Shown: positions 12,771-27,300 of the stretch, in pieces
Position numbering within the stretch: position 1 is the first letter of the stretch
Layout of the letters: each line of letters begins with the position of its first letter
Source: Sphagnum compactum
Taxonomy: Eukaryota
Reading direction: 5' to 3'
NCBI GenBank assembly: GCA_965153455.1
Contig: OZ234493.1
Coordinates: 1,178,001-1,242,000, forward strand
DNA length: 64,000 nt
The notes under the pieces: model-generated
What the model was told of the DNA's origin: nothing
What the model saw: the letters and a program-made list of their open reading frames with translations, nothing else
Databases searched by the model: none
Position numbers and translations under genes: made by a program

Positions 12771-13841
12771 GTTGCCGATCGAAGTTGTGTTTTGGATCTG
12801 CAAATCTGTCTCTGTGTGCTATTGTCAAAACCCTTTTCTGTTTTTCTTCTTCTTCTTCTTTCTAGCTGTAGATGATCCGCAGCTGCAGCAACTGCACTTG
12901 AAGCTGCACCCATGAGGAGCTGGGTTTATTCACCATAGACAAATATTCAGCTCCTTCCGCTCGGTGCAGCCTGCAGGTAGTCGACAGGACTTCCATAGCT
13001 GACTTTTTTCTCCTTTTTCTTGGGCTTCAGGAAAATATCTCTAGCAATCTACAGCACTAGAGACCTACTGTTTGTACATGTATTGATTGAGCAAGCAGCT
13101 ATACTGGAAGTGGGTGTGTCTGAAGAAGCTTGATCATCCACAGTTTGAACTTTTGGTGCAATGTACAAAGCTTGTCCAAACCACCCAAAACAACAATTTG
13201 GCATCAACAGCAGCAGCACTTCATGAGGAGACTTAGTGAGAGAAGGGTATTGTGAGCTGCTGCTGCTGCTGCATTGGGTGGTAGAATTCAACAGGGTGAG
13301 ATCACCGAATCACAGAGAGTCAGAGACAGACAGAGACACAGAGAGAAGAGAGAGCTTGGTAGAAGGAGCAGGCTCTTATGGTGCAACAATAAGCTCTTTG
13401 CTGGTGATCCGAGATTGCATTTGTGGGTAGTAATTGAAGATCAAGGACTAGGAGCTTAATGCAACAACAACAACAACAAGATCACAACAAAAAGCTCGGA
13501 ACTGTATACTCTCTCTCTCTCTCTGTCTCTCTCTGGGAGCTGTACTCTGTCTCTCTCTTGGAGAAGCTGGAAGAGCAAAGAAGAGCTGGAAGAGCTTGAA
13601 AACACAGCTACGGCTATCAGTCTCAGAGCATTTTAGTTTTGTTTGTTTGTAGTTTTTTTTCTTTTTTTGCGCCTCACAAACAACACAAGATAATTTGTGG
13701 AAAGCACAGCAGAGCTGATCTAGAGTGGAAGCAGAAGAAATCTGGTCTCTGTCCTTTCTTCCATCCGCATCAGTTTCCAAAAAGCAGCAGAGCTCCAGCC
13801 AGCGCCAGCAAGCGCAAGGGAAGCTGAAGAAAAGCTGCAGC

Positions 13842-13876
<35 letters not shown>

Positions 13877-14089
13877 CAGCCGGGTGGCCCGACGAAACAA
13901 CAGGTTCCCGGCAAGCAAACAAGAAGGGGCGGGCACGCATACCCACCCACCCAAAAAAAATCCGGAGGGCAGATGGGCAGATTTATTATTATTATTTTTT
14001 TGGGGCACCAAATAACGCCTTTCATTTAAGTTCTCTAATGACAATTTTTATATAAAAAATGGGGGGCCTCTCAGGATTTTTTTTTAAAA

Positions 14090-14345
14090 AACTTTTTGTG
14101 GCAAATTTTCACCATTTGTGATTTTTTGAAAAGGAATATTATTTCACAAATTACCCTTTTTTTAGTCGTCAAAAAAAAATATTTTTTTTAATTTAAAAAA
14201 ATGGCCAAAAATCATCACCATTTTGCCTACAACGTGAAAGAGTGGGTATACATACTTAGGATTTTTTCACTTTCATATTTGAATATCACTAAATTTGGCT
14301 AAATCTATTATGGATGATTGCCGCTTGATCAACATCACAATTTAT
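14090..14345. repeat. Dispersed AT-rich repeat family, with a homologous copy at ~58690-58935 and a weaker copy at ~35800-35900
   Basis: Shared blocks TGGCAAATTTTC.CCATTT, TTGCCTACAA..TGAAAG and ATATCAC.AAA.TT.GCTAAAT...ATGGATGAT....CTTGA.CA..ATCACAA. Confidence 0.6.
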
Positions 14346-15349
14346 TTTTTTAATTTAAAAAAAAAACATGGGGCTTGGGGCTGGGACTTAAAGCATGTTA
14401 TTTAGGAAACTATTATTTATTTATTTATTTATCTATTTATGTGGGAGATAAACAAATAATTTTGTTGGTTTAGCTAAAAACATTGGTTGGTATATTTGAT
14501 AAATAGCCCTAACCTTTTCCTATTATTTGTATACGCACCACTCTATGTCCTTTTTCTTTTTTAGGTGATCGGGTGTAGAATATTGTAAGTTGTAACACCA
14601 ATAAGCTTCTCGGTTGGTCACCCATCTAATTTTCCCGGATCATCATCGAAGGTGTTTAACTTCAAAAAAATTTAAAAATAAGATCGTTTCGTTCAACCAC
14701 AACTTACAAGCATCATCATTTGGGAGATATGTTTTTTGTTGGCAAAACCTTTCAATGGTCGGAGGTTTTAATGATTTTTGTGACATTTTTCAATTCCAAA
14801 AAACAAATTTAATTCCCTAGTTAATTATATCAATCCCAAATTGGTTGGAAATTCTAGCAAAAATCTCTCTCTATATATATATATATACATACACACATAT
14901 TTATTTACTTATTTATTTATTTATTTAAATTATTTAAATCATTTTTCTTCTAGCAACCTTTTGAGAATTATTTTGTGCTGAACATCAATCATAGGTACGG
15001 TATATACTTCGCAACCGCAAGTTGAAATTTTACCAAAATCATAAAGGGCAATCATCGACGGGATTTTAGTCATCTTCAAGTGACAGAAATGGCAGTGGCG
15101 GATGATTTCTGTGATTTTGTTGTACCAAACTACTCCGCATGCACTACTGCCATTTCCTACCCACTTATGGTCTTTCATTTGCCACCCAAGAACACGGCCC
15201 TGGCATATATATATATACATTTTTCATCCAGTTCATCCCTACGGCTTTGGCCTAACCTTCTTCCTCCCTCTAGTGACTCGTTACAAGGTGTAACAGAATG
15301 TGATCCAAACATCCAAACTTGGGTTGTTGCTTGATGGATATAAGGCTGG

Positions 15350-15950
15350 AAAATCATGGCTCCAATCATCCAAATCTCATCATATTCTAAAACCCAATAA
15401 ACAATAATAGCTTCATCCAAATCTTGTCATATGTTATAACCCAATAAACAACCAAAAGCTTCATCCAAATCTCATCATATTTGTTTACAACCCAATACAC
15501 ACATAAAAAAGCTTCATCCAAAATCTCATCATATTTTTAAAACCCAATAAAACCACAAAAGCTACATCCAAATCTCATCATAGTTTACAACCCAATAATA
15601 AACCACAAAAGCTTCATCCAAAGCTCATCATATTTTTTAAACCCAATAAAACCACAAAAGCTTCATCCAAATCTCATCATAGTTTACAACCCAATAATAA
15701 ACCACAAAAGCTTCATCCAAATCTCATCATATTTTTTACAATCCAACAATTGACCCCAAAAAGAAGCTTTTGAATCAAAATCTCATCATATTTTTACAGC
15801 CCAACAAAGTAACAAAAAGCTTCATCCTAAATCTGATGCTCTTTTTTTACAATCCAACAAATGACACAAACTTCATCCAAACCTGATGATTATTTCACGA
15901 CCCAACTAAAAGATCAAAACTTCATCCAACTCTCCCGATATGTTAGAATC
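15350..15950. repeat. ~48-51-bp minisatellite, ~12 units
   Basis: Repeated AAAGCTTCATCCAAATCTCATCATATTTTTACAACCCAATAAAACCAC; best conserved at 15450-15730 and decaying toward 15950. Confidence 0.9.
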
Positions 15951-17289
15951 CGACCTAAATGTCAAAAAGAAAACCTTTTCTTCACATGCTCAACTGAGCA
16001 AGAGAATCCCATACACGAGCTCAGTCAGTATATATGATTATATAGATCCTTCTTTGTACGAGTAAGGCTCTCTTACCAACAACTCCACTATAGAGTATAT
16101 GATATGTGTGTGTGTGTGTGTGTGTAAGTCTCTCCCCCGTTCATCAAAATGATCAAGACCTCTTTGATGATCAAGTGCAACCATTTTGTATTTCTAGAAT
16201 TCTACAAAACAAAACATGCGACAAACAACAAACAAACGACCCAAAATTTTTGTAGAATTCTCGAAATACAAAATCTATCATGTGGGTCGTTTGTTGCATG
16301 ATCTAGTTGTGAATCTAGTTTAGGTTTTTTTCTTACATGATTGAGTTGTGTGATTTGGAAGAGTGCATATAGAGGCCATTTCTTCGTTTTTGTTTCAAAT
16401 TATTATTATTATTATTATTTTTTAAGGTGACGGTTGCTATGGTTTATTTCAACTACCTCGTTGTAAGACAATTATTTTCACCAAACCTCAACTACTACTA
16501 CTTCCTAGTTTTAATTGTTTTCTAAGTTAGTTAGTTATACTTAAACCCACTTTGGACCCTTTCTTTTATAATATACCTTGTCAATAGGTTGGGAAACAAT
16601 GGCAGTACATATATAATAAACTTGTTGGACAAGGGTGTGTTTTTGTCCCTTTGTCAACTTCATGGCCAACTTGAAACCCTGATGTCATGATTGAGCTTCA
16701 TCAATGGTGATTGATTGCCAAAAGTGGGGTTTATTTTTATTTATTTATTTATTTATTTATTTTTGGGGGGAGGGACAAGTTTTGTCATTTTTTAAAGCCA
16801 AAAGTTAAAACTTGGGGAAATTTGGGGAGAAATGTATTTTTTAATGTGGACTAATTTGGCTAAACTTTTGGGAAAAAAAATTGCCCAACTAAATTTTAGA
16901 ACAAAAATGGAAAGAAATTCCCACCCCAAAATTAATTAATTAATTAATTTTTTAATAAAAACAAATGAATAAATAAATAAGTAAATAAAACCCCCTTGAT
17001 TATTGCCACACATGAATAGAAAATGTGTAATTTTTTATTTTTTTTTGCTTGTCTTTTTTCTCATATCTGGATTCCATAGTTCACAATCACAAGGTGATGA
17101 TTGACCTTAAAAGGGGCCCATTTTTGGCCCCCAAAAAATCATAAATTCCAATAGTACAAAAACAATATATCTCTGAGAGGCAAAAAGAGAGCATTGACAA
17201 TCACCTCAGAATCCAACAACCCAGAAAATTGTACAGCCCCCCCAGTGTGAACCAGCACCCTGCAGAAATGGATTAAGTGTGAACAGGAA

Positions 17290-17960
17290 AAAAAACACTT
17301 TTTTCATCATCCATAGCTAACCATGGTGGTTAACTATGGTTAGCTATATACTAACCCATCCACCCGCATCTACCTACCTACTTAGTAACCATCAAGTACA
17401 TTTATTTACTTACTTACCTAATACACACAGAGTGACAAATTACATTCTCTACCGAAACTTACTTAAGTAAAAAAAAAAAACAGCCCTTTTACTTATGTAG
17501 AAGCCATCTATTTACCCTAGTAGTTACCTACCTACCTACCAACCTACATAGCGGACTTAGTTCGTATACAATGAGTTACCCAGGGGAAACCAGATATTAA
17601 CTCAGGTTAGGTGAAGTTCATCCACAACTGAGTCATAATTGGCACATCCAGTACATGGATGGTGCACTGGTGAGTGCCGGTTCACTCACTCTGACAAAAT
17701 GGTGGGTCGGTCGGTTGGTTGGTTGGTCGGTCGGTAGGTCGGTGGCCAGAGTGAATGGCAACCCACCAGTGGCACCATCAAGGATGGATGATAAGTAATC
17801 AGGAAACAATTTTCTGTTGGATTCCAGTTCCATAGTTAACCATGGTGGTTACCTTAGTTGCTTTTTTTAAAAACTTGCTTGCTAACAACTTGCAAGTACT
17901 CCCTACCTACCTACCTACTTACCTACCTGCCTACCCACTAACAACCTGGTACTACCTAGT
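17290..17960. repeat. Dispersed non-coding element rich in (ACCT)n, with related copies at ~18800-19340 and, reversed, at ~54920-55170
   Basis: Shared blocks AAACACTTTTTTCAT, CTACCTAC arrays, CCAGG..AAACC.ATATTAACTCAG...GTTCATCCA.AA.T.AGTCA, and GGATGGATG...GGAAACAAT...TTGG.TTCC. Confidence 0.55.
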
Positions 17961-20900
17961 ACTTGCTAGGTTGTTAGCTGGTAGGTAGTAAAAACAGGTC
18001 TGTGAACCCAACCCAATGATGGTAGGCGAGAGTAGATACTCTTTGATGATAATAATAATAATAATAATAATGATGCAAAATGTATGTCTCCCATAATTAT
18101 TTTCAATGTTCCGCTTCACATCGATATTCCCCATTTGTTTACTATATAGTACTTCTTCAATAACGGATTCAGCACTTATGAAATTATTTTCTAGATTTGT
18201 CGGTTGTTTGAAATATCCAATTTCCATTGTTCGAATCATCAAAAATTTGAGAATTTGTACAACAAAAATCAAAAAATGTAAAAGCAAATACAAATCAAGA
18301 AATGTAATGCATAGATGTTGTGTATCAAAATGGATGATAAATGAATGACATCCTCATTCACACCTATATATATATATATATAATATTACGTGCCAAAATG
18401 CATTTTAATAAATAAACTAATTATTCGGCCCGATCCATTAAAGTATGAACCAAAAAATATTGGAGCATCACAATGATTTTGTTTTTTCCAAATTTCAAAT
18501 GTTGTGCCATTGGCTAGCATCCCGAGAGGGATTTAGAATTATAATTAAATGGCGACAAGTCTTTAGAACATGTAGTAAACAAATATTAAAAAACTCAATT
18601 AAAAATTGCTACCAAATTAAAGCAAGGTCACAAATGTGGTGAAAACTATTTCCAAAAAAAAATAAAAATCTTGAAATCTGGAAATTTTTCAGAGAAGAAA
18701 CAGAAATTAATTGTGACAAAATATTCCCTTTTTATTTTTCGCATTGTTTGTGGCAAAATTTCACACCCAAAAAAGAAAATGCTTTGTGCACCATGGTCTG
18801 TGAGGGATGGATGGAAGGGTGGATGAGAAACACTTTTTTCATTGGGTTCCATGTCCTTACCTAACCTATGGTAAGTTAGGAACACCTACCATGTATGAAC
18901 AAACCCTTCATAGTAAAAACCCCTCTAGCCAAATTTACCTATTGTATTAACTATTAACCATGCATATGCATTTATTTACCTAGTAAATAATTTTGTATTT
19001 ACTAACCTACCTACAGGACTGTCCTTTACACAATAAGCTAACCAGGTCAAACCCAACATTAAATTTTCTGACCCAACATTAACTCAGATGGGGTTCATCC
19101 ATAATTAAGTCACCACTCACAATAGGGTTTCCAGAATCCAATGGTGAACCTGGTGGGTTTTTGGTTCACTGGTAGGGTTAAATATCTACCACCCCTGGTT
19201 TAACTACCACCCCAGGCAGTGAACAAACATCCATCACCATAGTACATATTTGTACTATGGATGATGATGTACTATGGATGATGAGGGATGGATTGTGGGG
19301 GGTGGCAAGGAAACAATGCTTCATTGGGTTCCCAGTTCCCATTATGTATTGATCTGATGATTTTTTATTTTTTTTATTTTTTTATTTTTTTTCTCTATAC
19401 TATTTACCACATCTTCCGGCACCATGATTCATAAACAAAATGGCCAAAAATTGTTGAACTCGTCCAATGTTTATGAATGATTTATTACCATACGGATGAT
19501 TCATGTTTGGCGAAAAATAATTTGCAAAAGGTCTACATGAAAAAAAGAAAAAAAAAAAAGGGAATTTTTTTGTTGATATTTTCCAAAATTGTTGATAATC
19601 AAACCCCAAACTTTTTGAAATTATGAAAATTCAATTTTGAAACTGCTTAATTTCCTTTTTTTATAAATAAATAAATATTTGACAAAGAAGTGCCGAACAT
19701 GAGTTGTAGGTACACAATATTATGTGAACCCACTTACAATAAGTTAATTGGGTTTAATGATTCAATTGAATTGTTGAATGTCTTGTACTAATGAAACCCA
19801 CGGACTCCATTTTGCTCATAATAACGAAGTTAACAACAACAATGTTTTGGTGTAATGGTTTCATTATTGCCACCATGTTGGGAAGGGTGTTTCTTCTTAT
19901 GCCTCTATCATGCTCTCTATGTAATAATAATGGTTGTCTCACTTGATGTTTTCAGGTGCTTTTGGTCATTGGCAAATTAATATGGCAAAACTAGTATTGC
20001 CAATTTTATGCCCAAATCTTACACCAATGCGTAGTCTCTACCCTATGGTTGGCAAAGCCCACAAATGGTGAAAACCATGGTTAGGAACAAAACAAGTCTT
20101 AGATTTTCTTTTTAGTGCATGGAGTCTACTTAAACCCATGAAATATTTTTTTTGAATCTTGCAAATGAAGCACTTTAATTGAGTTTTTTAGTTTCAAGCT
20201 TCAACTTGCTTTAGAATTAGGAGGAAATAAGTATAAAATTGAAAGGATAAACTTGCATACCATCATAGTACCTTTGTAGCTTCAACACTAGTTAATATTA
20301 TTTCAATTTCAAATTTTAATGGGAAGGAAAATAGAATTTAAAAAAAAAAATTTCTGAAATCTTCTATTTTTCAACATGGAATCTTCCAAAAATAAAAATA
20401 ATTATTTTGGCACTAAAATGGCTGAACTTGCCATCATCATGGTACTCGTCCGCTATGTGAGATACTCGTTGTTTATTCATTGTCCAAGTGATGAACAAAT
20501 ACACATGCCCGGATGGTTATTTATTTCTCTTTTGACATGATAGAAATGGAAAAGGAATATACATATCCGAAAATAATATAACTAGTGTTGAACTGGACCA
20601 GGTACTACGGTAACCCTACAAATTTTTAAAAGTGAAATTAGGTCTTGCATTAATGCACTCGATCAATCGATCGCATAAGATCAGATTGATTACCACAAAT
20701 TGCCATCCATTTTAAACAGATTTGTTTGGACAGAAAAGTTTCATCCTACATATTTCTTTGCATTTCTATTGCACAATATTATTATTTTTCTTCTGAAACT
20801 TTTGTTTTTATTTAAACAATGAATATTGGTAGAAATTTTTCTGAATTTGGATTTTTGTAATTTGGACAGACACTACTCACCTTCTTTTGCTGATATCCAT

Positions 20901-21368
20901 CCATCCAGCTAGTCTACACCACAGGGACTTTCATCCACCGGTAGCGGTACATTTACTCGAAGACAAATCCATCCTTGGTTCTCTGAAGGGTACACAAACT
21001 TTGTTTTCACATTTGAGCCAACAAAGTGACTTCACTTTTCATCACTCAAATGGGTACCTGGAGAGATGCAGTTCATTGCATGGTCCTTTGGTGTATGCTA
21101 AAGGTCTGTGTTGGTGGGTGTGTGAAACCTGCTCTCAATCATCTGTCAATATCCAGGAACCTCCTCTGCGTTTTAAGAAAGTGGTCAATTTGACCACATT
21201 ACTACTCTACAGAATCACCAATTGCTATTTGATTACAAGGAAAAAATTCTCGAAAATGACACAAATAAGACTCAGTAACAAGACTGTGTGTGTGTGTGTG
21301 AACTGATATTACAAGCACCTCCCCACTGAGCATGTGAGAAGAATTGATGCGGGGCAGTTTTAGTTGTG

Positions 21369-24300
21369 TTACCAGCCATCAAGCCAGAGTGTATTAGCTG
21401 TATCTTCCTGCTGAGAGTTGAGCACTTGAGGAGAATCAGAAGTATGTTCAAACCGTAGAGCGTTCTCAAGGTGTGTACGAATTTCCAAAGGAGGCTCCAC
21501 ACGGCAATTGAGTAGTGCATCCCAATCGACACCATTGAACCATGGATGATCCTTTATCTCATCCACCCCCTGGCTTCCGCACCCAAGCCTTTTACTCTCG
21601 TCTACCACCAGCAGCTGCATTTTTATCACAGCATCATAGACACACGAATCATGGTCTTCACCATGTCAATTACCCATGCGGAATGTCAAGAGTGTTGAAG
21701 AGCAGACTTCCTATCAGATGGATTCCACTTAGACAATGTGAAAATCCACCTTTCAAATCAGGATGGCTGAGATCCCTGGATTGTTGTAATGCTCTCTGAT
21801 GGAAAAAATTTAGGCCTCCTTGCAAAAGTTTAAGCGGACTGTGCATCAGTGGTATTTTCTAAAGACACTTGACATGAAGCACTGTATGGTATGAAACATA
21901 CACAAGGAGTCCCGGTTGGGTACCTAATGTGCTCCATCATTCAAAATGTTTCATACCTTGTCAATGAGGTCAACAACTTTGCCACTCAAGCTGGAAGGGA
22001 ACACAAGCTGACGGCGAGCTATTTTTGCAAAAATGTCAAGCTCATTATCCCGCCAGGACCCAAATGGGAGCTCATTTTGGAGCATGAAGAAGAGTAGTAC
22101 TCCCACAGCCCACCTATATGATGACACCACACATACAGCATCACACTTAGCATCACACCTTTCAAAAGCTCAGCCCCCTGCAAAGCTATGCACTGAAGAG
22201 CTATCATGAATACTGTAAAATGAAAACATTCATGTAAGAGAGTGCATACCAGTCAGCTGCTAGGCTATGCCCCTGCCCCTTGATGATTTCTGGAGCCAGA
22301 AAATCTGCCATGCCACAAATAGTGAAAGTTCGCTCATTGGACATCTCCTTTGCAAATCGGAAATCAACAAGCTGTCAAAATAAAAATAAATTGTTAGCCC
22401 TGCACCAGTGAATGGGATCTCCACAATGCAGACTACACCCGTGTCAACAATTGGCCAAAGGTGAAGAAAGATTGTGCATACAAGCTGCAAGATGGTGAAG
22501 AATGGCTACACAGGAATTCAAGCTCCACTTGTGCATTCACAGAAAAGGTGAAAATCTAGCTAGAGAATGTACCAACCTGTAGTCGACCTTTACGGTCAAC
22601 CATGAGCACGTCAGGTGAGATGCCGCGGTATGCCACTCCATCCTAACACAGTTCAATGTCATGATATCTTTAGCTCCCTTCTTTAGTTTTTGTGCAAATC
22701 ACATGCAAATCAATTTGACACTGGGCTCCTCACAAATAAGCCTGCTGTCAAAGCAAAATTCTAGAAACTGTACAGCAGATAGAGGGATGAGCTCACCTTG
22801 TGAAGAAGCTCAATCGCAAGCACAACAGAAGCAGCCATATAACGAGCTGAAACTTCATCAAGTGGACAATGGAGGAGGAGGGCTAAGGGCCCAGCCAGCA
22901 CACAGTTCAGCACCAGAGCAACACTGTCATCATCACTGAGGGTGGCCAGGAGATGTGGCACAAAAGGAGATGGTTGTAATCTTCGTATAATGAACCTTTC
23001 CAATAGGACCTGACTTTCTCGGCCCAGCCTTTGGACTTTTTGCCGTTGGAACCTCTTCATACTCACAAATTCCTCTGCTCACCCCAAATGGATTCACATT
23101 CATAATGCGTTTCGATCAAAGATGAAATCTGAGTGAATTAATTCTCTCCACATCAAAATCATTGGAAGGAAAATCATTTAGTCCTCCCGATGGGATATCC
23201 GTGACTACAGCATGCTCAGTATTATTCAAAAACTCAGCATAGATCAATGCTTGACATTTGGCAGTTTTTAAGCTTTCACCTGTGTTTTTACAAAGCACTA
23301 CACCAACCTCGCAACAGTCAGTTAAGTACACTGTTTCCTGCCAGTCCTGACCATAGACAAACTCCACAGTCAGATTCTTCTCAGTGTTTTTTAGCATGTC
23401 CTCTACAGCACATCCACAACTGGCAGGCCATGATTCAACAATCTTCCATGCTGGCCAAGTGAACAAACAAAACTGCTAGTATTCAAATCCTAAACCAAAT
23501 CTCTCTCTGCACCTTACTCTGATTACAAGAGCAAAAGTGCAGTCACTATGAGAACCACCCTAAACATCAGAAAACTGACCAGATCCTTGAGAGTGATTTT
23601 CCGAAATGCCCGGGCATCAACAAGTTGCTTTTTTTTCAAAGTTGATGTTTTTTCCTTGTGCCTGCACACAAGTATCAATGAAGGCCCCAGAAATTTCAGA
23701 GTAAAGTCAAAACTCGCCCCATTCTACTTCAAATGCCAACTATCAACCAAAAGCATATCATGCTACATTCACTACTACAAGAGGGATGAAGGCATATTGC
23801 AGTTTATGAAGGGTGTGCTTCCTCATAGTAATAGAAGGGGCATACTTGAAATAGTACATTGGAGTGCATTAAGTTAATCCTTCCAGCATGGTGTGTTCTA
23901 GGCTCATATGGCAATGTAAAAGGCATATCAGCTCTCTGAAAAAGAGCAGTGAAACTAGGTCTACACAAATTGATGTTTGGCTATGTACCCAATAGACAGT
24001 TCAAACCCAGCTTCCAAGAGAAAAAATGAATTTACCGTTTTTCGCCCTTGGAAATTACACTTAAGGGCCCAACAGCTCCTTCAAAAGCCTCCCTGGAGAT
24101 GGCCCAACATTCAACATCACCAGAAGCAACCGCTGTTATAGCTTGAGGAGGCATGTCCAAGAGCACCCATTCACCAAAGTACCTCACTGCATGCTCCCCT
24201 TCTTCGGCATCCTCAGCTCCTCTTCCATTTGTGGCCTTCTTTACTAATCTTTCCGATTTCCCCCTGGGCAAACTCATCACCTTCTGCGAAAGTTCCTTTG

Positions 24301-27300
24301 CATTGCTGTGGTATGTAATTTTCACATGTCCTTTCTGAACCATGTAGAACGTGTCGAGCTTTTCATCCTGCAAAGAGTAGAGATCCATGAGGAGAATGAA
24401 AACTGGGTGGTGTAAGATGTCAAAGTGCTTTCAAGAAATTGTTTATGGAGCAGAAGACGGTGATTTAAAGGTACATACAGTGAAAGACAGAATATTTCAT
24501 CTTTGACATGGCCATTTGCTCCCAACTGAAGAATTACATACTTTCAACATGGAATCAAAGCATGTCTAAATTATCACCTTTTCTACAATGGTTTCACCAT
24601 CTATGAATGGCACTTTAGTGACTGCATCTGCAAGGCAATGCAGCTGAGACAGAGAGAGCTTGGACAAAATCTCAAGAGAGTGCAAGAATTTCAATGAGGG
24701 TCGGTTTGAAAATCTCATGAGAAGGACCCCACGAAATGCCTCCCTCTCAAGTGTCCACAAGCTGCCATTGGTCACTGCACGCACTGTTGCCTGCCCCGGT
24801 TTTGTGTACCTGCACATGTTTTCTGTCAAGCATTCAACCATGCAAGCGAAAAAGACTATGACAAAACCATCTAGACCTCGAGGATGAACTCAATAATGTC
24901 TTGCACATCAACAGTACCTTTATGCCTACAAGCAGAACAGCAAACATGGATTCACTCCTTCGTGAATTCATTTAAGGAACCCAAAAAGCAACTTTGCCAC
25001 AGGATTGATTGCAGCCAAACAGCAATGAGATCCTCACTGGGGAAGACAAAAATAGGACGTACATGAGTGCAAGCTCTCCAAAGCAAGGGCTCATAGTGGC
25101 ATCATATCGGTGAACAACAGCACCAAGATCTTTGTCTCCTTTTGCCCCATCCTGACACCACATAAAACACTCTTGTGAACAAGCAGCCGATAAAAACCAG
25201 TGCTTCCAAACTCTGAAGGCTACCTCTTCCTATACTTCATCCTGCTGCCAATGAGATTGTAGGTTTTTGGAAAAAGTTTCCACAGAAATAGTTTCAATGT
25301 AGATGCATAATGGAATTTCACCACTCGTCACATCTAAGTGATTTAATTCCGACTTGGTACATTGAAGGCAAAATCCTTGCAATCAACACACTTCTGATTC
25401 AGTGAACAAATGAAGATAAGCATACATCAGGCTTGATAAGCCACACCTGAGACACCAGCACTTCAAACTCGCCACTCTCAACAATGTAGAAGAGATCACC
25501 TTCTGAACCCTGCCGCCATAAAAATATCACTTTAGTCATGTCTGTCCACACCATTGCTAGCAACTCTGATACAAACCTACCGTCTGAATGCAAGCCAACA
25601 TATGCACCACTCACAGCAGCATTGATGGACAAGGTGGTGATGTTAACAAGTAACCTGCTTGATGATGATGTCTCCAGCACAGACATCCATCCTCTTCATG
25701 CAGCCACAGAGAGTGTGGCGTTGATCCTCTGTCAAACTTTGGAACAAGAAATTCCCTTGCATTGCCCTTTCAATTTGTGCCTGACATGTTTTAAGGACAA
25801 AAATGGGTTCAAAAGAATCGCACTTGAACAAACTGGCCATTACCATCAATTCATATCTATGAGATTGTAGAGAAAACTTCACAATGCAACTTTGTAGGAG
25901 TCATTCTGTCAGTTCCAGCAAAACCCAAAACTAACAAGACACAAGTGAGTGTGGTCAACACCACTGGTCCATTCTAGATGCTACAAAAGGTTGGAGGGCC
26001 TTACCTCCTCTCCAGGAGTTTTGGCATGTGGATCTGATGGCACCCATGGAGTATCATGGTCCAAAGAAGCCTCAATTGCACGCAACCTCGCCCGTGACAG
26101 CATGCGTGCTGGGCGTTGCTTTTTGGGCAGTTCCGCTCCATTTACCAATGGTGAAGTATCATATGGAACAATTTGCATGAACTGTTGTGGGTCCATATCA
26201 GTCAATTGCAACCTTTCAGCTTTGATCTGTTGGATGCCAAACGAAGGTCAGATACTCACTCGGGATTTTTTCTCTTCTAGAATAAACCAAGACTGCTTGC
26301 TCAATGAGAAGGCAGAGAGGGCACCAATTTGTACATCTTTAAGGCCGTCTATATGGACAACAATGATGGTGATATCATCGGTGCGGGTTTCATACTGCAA
26401 CCATAGCCTATATGCTTCTGCCACAACTGCTGCACATGCATCCTTTGGATTCTTATATCTGGCCACCTGCCTCCAATGTACAAGCCCCCCACAGTCAAGA
26501 AAGGTATAGTCACAGCAGCAACTCCATCGCACTTACAGTTTTCTTCAATACTGACAATTGGTAGAAAAGCTCAAGTTAGGGTAAAATTTTGGTGAAATCA
26601 GGACCGAAGAGGATGTGAAGAAGAATAAAATGAGAGCATTCTGACAGAATAATCTATGGGGGCAAAAAAAAACTGGGTGTGGGTGTACATTTGTTAAAAA
26701 CAATCTTTCTCACCATGTCAACAACAGCCTGGCTTGAGAGAAACTCAAAAACCCCATCACTAGCAATCACAAAGAAGGAATGCTTTCTTCGAAGTTCCAC
26801 AACCAAAACTTCAGGGACTGCTGAAACACCAATTTGTTCAGCCACACTGTCACCAATGCTGCGAGTGAAGGCTGTGCCTGGATACATGCCATTGGCCACC
26901 CATAAGCGTGGTGGATCACCATCATCATGGCCCTCCCCTCCCCAGCATTGCACATTAGGGTCCTTTAAGCCCTCAAGCTGATCCAGAGTCATAACACGAG
27001 CACCAGACAATTTTACTCGAGCGCATTCATCTGCACGGTACGGTGTCTGATCGCTCGAAATGTCCTTAGCTATGAGCTTCTTCCCTCTTCTCACAGCCAA
27101 GACTGCACGTGAATCCCCAACATTTGCAACATAGATTTTACGGCCTCTGACCAGAACCGTGATCGCTGTGGTCCCACTCATCGAATCATCCACCTTATTG
27201 TAGCGATGCAACTGTGCATTTGTGGCCAAGAAGGAGGAGTGATAAGCCTGAACCACATCAGTAGGGTAATGTGGATCCTTGAGCAAATTCTCACACAGAT

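Noticed and set aside
13448-14044. 198-aa minus-strand ORF and overlapping ORFs
   Set aside because: Driven by (GA/CT)n microsatellites in the probable 5' leader/promoter of the PRUNE-like gene; no protein-like character.
20887-21306. 139-aa plus-strand ORF
   Set aside because: Non-ATG start, antisense to the 3' UTR of the PKG-like gene, and no recognisable domain.
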